Shown: positions 63,889 to 64,000 of the stretch, one piece after another
How the letters are laid out: every line of letters starts with the position of its first letter
How positions within the stretch are numbered: the stretch's first letter is position 1
Assembly: GCA_965262115.1 (NCBI GenBank)
Contig: OZ253496.1
Coordinates: 2,496,001-2,560,000 of the forward strand
Reading direction: 5' to 3'
Origin: Nitrospinales bacterium
GTDB lineage: Bacteria; Nitrospinota; Nitrospinia; Nitrospinales; VA-1
Length of the DNA: 64,000 nt
Translations under genes and position numbers: made by a program
Notes under the pieces: model-generated
Seen by the model: the letters and a program-made list of their open reading frames with translations, nothing else
Told to the model about the DNA's origin: nothing
The model's database searches: none

Positions 63889-64000
63889 CTCACGCCGGTG
63901 ATATATAAAAACTTTAGCCTTCATACCCTTTCTATGGCAGTTTATTTTGCAGCCCGTTTTTATATGCTAAAACCATAGATTGTGTTCCCTTTAATCCCCC

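Overview
64-kb chromosomal window, probably from a Nitrospinota-like bacterium. This taxonomy is an inference from the RI-like LRR paralogues, a double DUF3365 haem protein, type-E sdhABE and the gene order. Most of it is housekeeping: M1 aminopeptidase, recG, relA/spoT, rpmB, mrp, CCA enzyme, ctpA, yebC-ruvCAB, yajC-secDF, rnpB, oleC-like, hda-like, two Do proteases, ligA, a DEAD-box helicase and sdhABE. The unusual content is intergenic. At least 14 copies of a 38-41 bp element (N-GTGAT...TC-N'-TGCCC-loop-GGGTA) are inserted without target duplication. They nest inside each other and inside a 128-bp MITE, and one MITE copy is in turn inserted into one of them. In all 14 copies the first base is complementary to the base at the foot of the 3' hairpin, which suggests an end-joined single-stranded intermediate. 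Other notable items are a TIR-TPR protein, a hicAB pair with its operator, an IS3 remnant cut by a 57-bp perfect inverted repeat, flagellar-regulon relics (flgM, yjfB-like, a sigma region-4 gene behind a sigma-54 promoter) and several genes with premature stops or frameshifts.
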